The notes beneath the pieces are model-generated. The model had not been told where the DNA came from, ran no database searches, and saw only the letters and a list, made by a program, of their open reading frames with translations. Made by a program: the position numbers and the translations under genes. This document shows positions 62,578 to 64,000 of a stretch of 64,000 bases of DNA, piece after piece. The stretch's first letter is position 1. Each line of letters begins with the position of its first letter. Origin of the DNA: an uncultured Chthonomonadaceae bacterium (GTDB lineage: Bacteria > Armatimonadota > Chthonomonadetes > Chthonomonadales > Chthonomonadaceae); assembly GCA_963835065.1 (NCBI GenBank), contig CAWIEK010000046.1, positions 96,001 to 160,000 on the forward strand, written 5' to 3'.

Positions 62578-64000
62578 TTATGCCGGCTCGACTATAGCCT
62601 CTTCCTCTTCCGGCAAACTGTTGATCCAATCCTGCATTTGACGCACACCTTCTTCCAATCCCACAGCCGCATACCCGCGCATGGCGTTTGTCCAGGCCTC
62701 ACGCGCTCCCCCATTAGCGCCAATGATTTCCAATACGATGCCCATATTTGCCAGCGTTGCTGCCCACTCCTGCGGCAATGTGTCTTCGCGGCGAACGCGC
62801 AGGGTGGCTTCATAGCAGGCGATGGCTTTCGTCAGGTTCTCGCCTCGGTCGCCAAGCGGCAGGTTTCGGTAAACAATGCCCAGGTTGTTCTGCGCCATTG
62901 CCGCTTTCCTGTCGCGCGGCGACGTGTCTTCCCGGCGAACCCGAAGGGCGGCTTCGTAGCAGGCAATGGCTTTCAGCAGGTTCTCGCCTCTGTCGCCAAG
63001 TGGTAAATTTTTGTAGGCACGCCCCAAGTTGTTCTGCGTCGTAGCCCACTGTTGCGGCAAACGTGTCTTCGCGGCGAACGCGCAGGGCGGCTTCGTAGCA
63101 GGCAATGGCTTTCAGCAGGTTCTCGCCTCTGTCGCCAAGTGGCAACTCCTGATAGGCGTCCCCAGGTTGTTCTGCGTCATTGCCCACTCCTGCGGCAATG
63201 TGTCTTCGCGGCGCACGCGCAGGGCGGCTTCGTAGCAGGCAATGGCTTTAGCAGGTTCTCGCCTCTGTCGCCAAGTGGCAGATATTGGTAAAGCAAGTTG
63301 CCCTAGGTTGTTCTGCGTCATTGCCCAATCCTGCGGAAACGTAGTCTTCGCTGGCGAACTGCTGCAAGAGCGGCTTCGTAGCAGGCAATGGCGCGTTGCA
63401 GATTGACTGCGCGATTGCCGAGTGCGGTTTCCTGTAATTCCACCCCAAGATCGTTCAGCGCGACGGCTTCAAGGGTTGTGGACGTAGGGCGTGTTTCCAG
63501 ACCGGTTGCCGTCCACCAGTCCAGCAGGCGCAAGTGTGTGGCGGTTCGCAGGGCGCGGCGTTCCCGTTCCGCCAGTTGATTCCACTCGTCACGGGCGGCT
63601 TGCGGTTCCAGATGCCAGCGGTGATACCAGGCGAGCGCGGCGTATTCGTCCGTATCGGAGTGGGCGCGGGACTGCCAGTGTACGCGAAAAGCCGTGTGAA
63701 TGGCCGCAACATCCGCGTCGGGCGTCAGTTCGCACAAGGCTTCCGTCATGGTGCGGTGCATACGGAAAAACGCGCTTCCGTCTGCTTCCTCCTGCGCCTG
63801 TTCCTTCTCCATGAAGGTGAAGCCCGTCAGCATTTGCCATCCGGCGCGGCCTACGGCGTGTCGGCGGCGATCCGCGAAATCCAGCCCACAGGTTTCATCG
63901 AAGCGGGGCGTCAGCGCCAGTTCCTTCACCCACAGGCTCATGTCCTTGTCGTGCAGCGATTTGAGGAAGCGGTCTGCCAGTTCGCGGGCTGCGCCTACCG
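62578..64000 (-). CDS. TPR repeat protein with ~40-aa tandem repeats; partial and frameshifted
   Basis: Repeats WAMTQNNLG..Y..LPLGDRGENL.KAIACYEAALRVRRED. Confidence 0.85.

Noticed and set aside
62578..63400. Diversity-generating retroelement
   Set aside because: No reverse transcriptase in the window, and the repeat differences are not evidently adenine-specific.
1..64000. tRNA, rRNA or prophage
   Set aside because: No cloverleaf, rRNA-like sequence, integrase or phage structural gene was recognised.

Overview
GC-rich bacterial chromosomal window. The gene content (DUF1559 prepilin-type protein, ASPIC/UnbV, BTAD-ATPase-TPR regulator) suggests Armatimonadota, but this is an inference. The core is the str + S10 + partial spc ribosomal cluster (rpsL-rpsG-fusA ... 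rpsJ-rplCDWB-rpsS-rplV-rpsC-rplP-rpmC-rpsQ-rplNXE), with dnaG-rpoD, pruA, nadE, tdh, signalling genes and an IS630 around it. Single-base frameshifts in essential genes (rplB, rplV, rpsC) point to indel errors in the assembly, so all pseudogene calls are provisional. Most notable observations: (1) there is no intact tuf after fusA; its position holds a highly diverged, G-domain-less EF-Tu domain II-III sequence; (2) a cassette array of HEPN genes and four copies of an unknown small partner protein surrounds rpsJ, with a diverged duplicate of the rpsJ 3' end and an internally deleted HEPN; (3) palindromes built from tandem 7-10-mers, with several different units, fill many ribosomal intergenic spacers, and related repeats sit in-frame inside dnaG and a regulator; (4) a LolA-like/TlpA fusion has an in-frame UGA at the first Cys of its CxxC motif, a probable selenoprotein; (5) several ribosomal proteins carry long low-complexity extensions.
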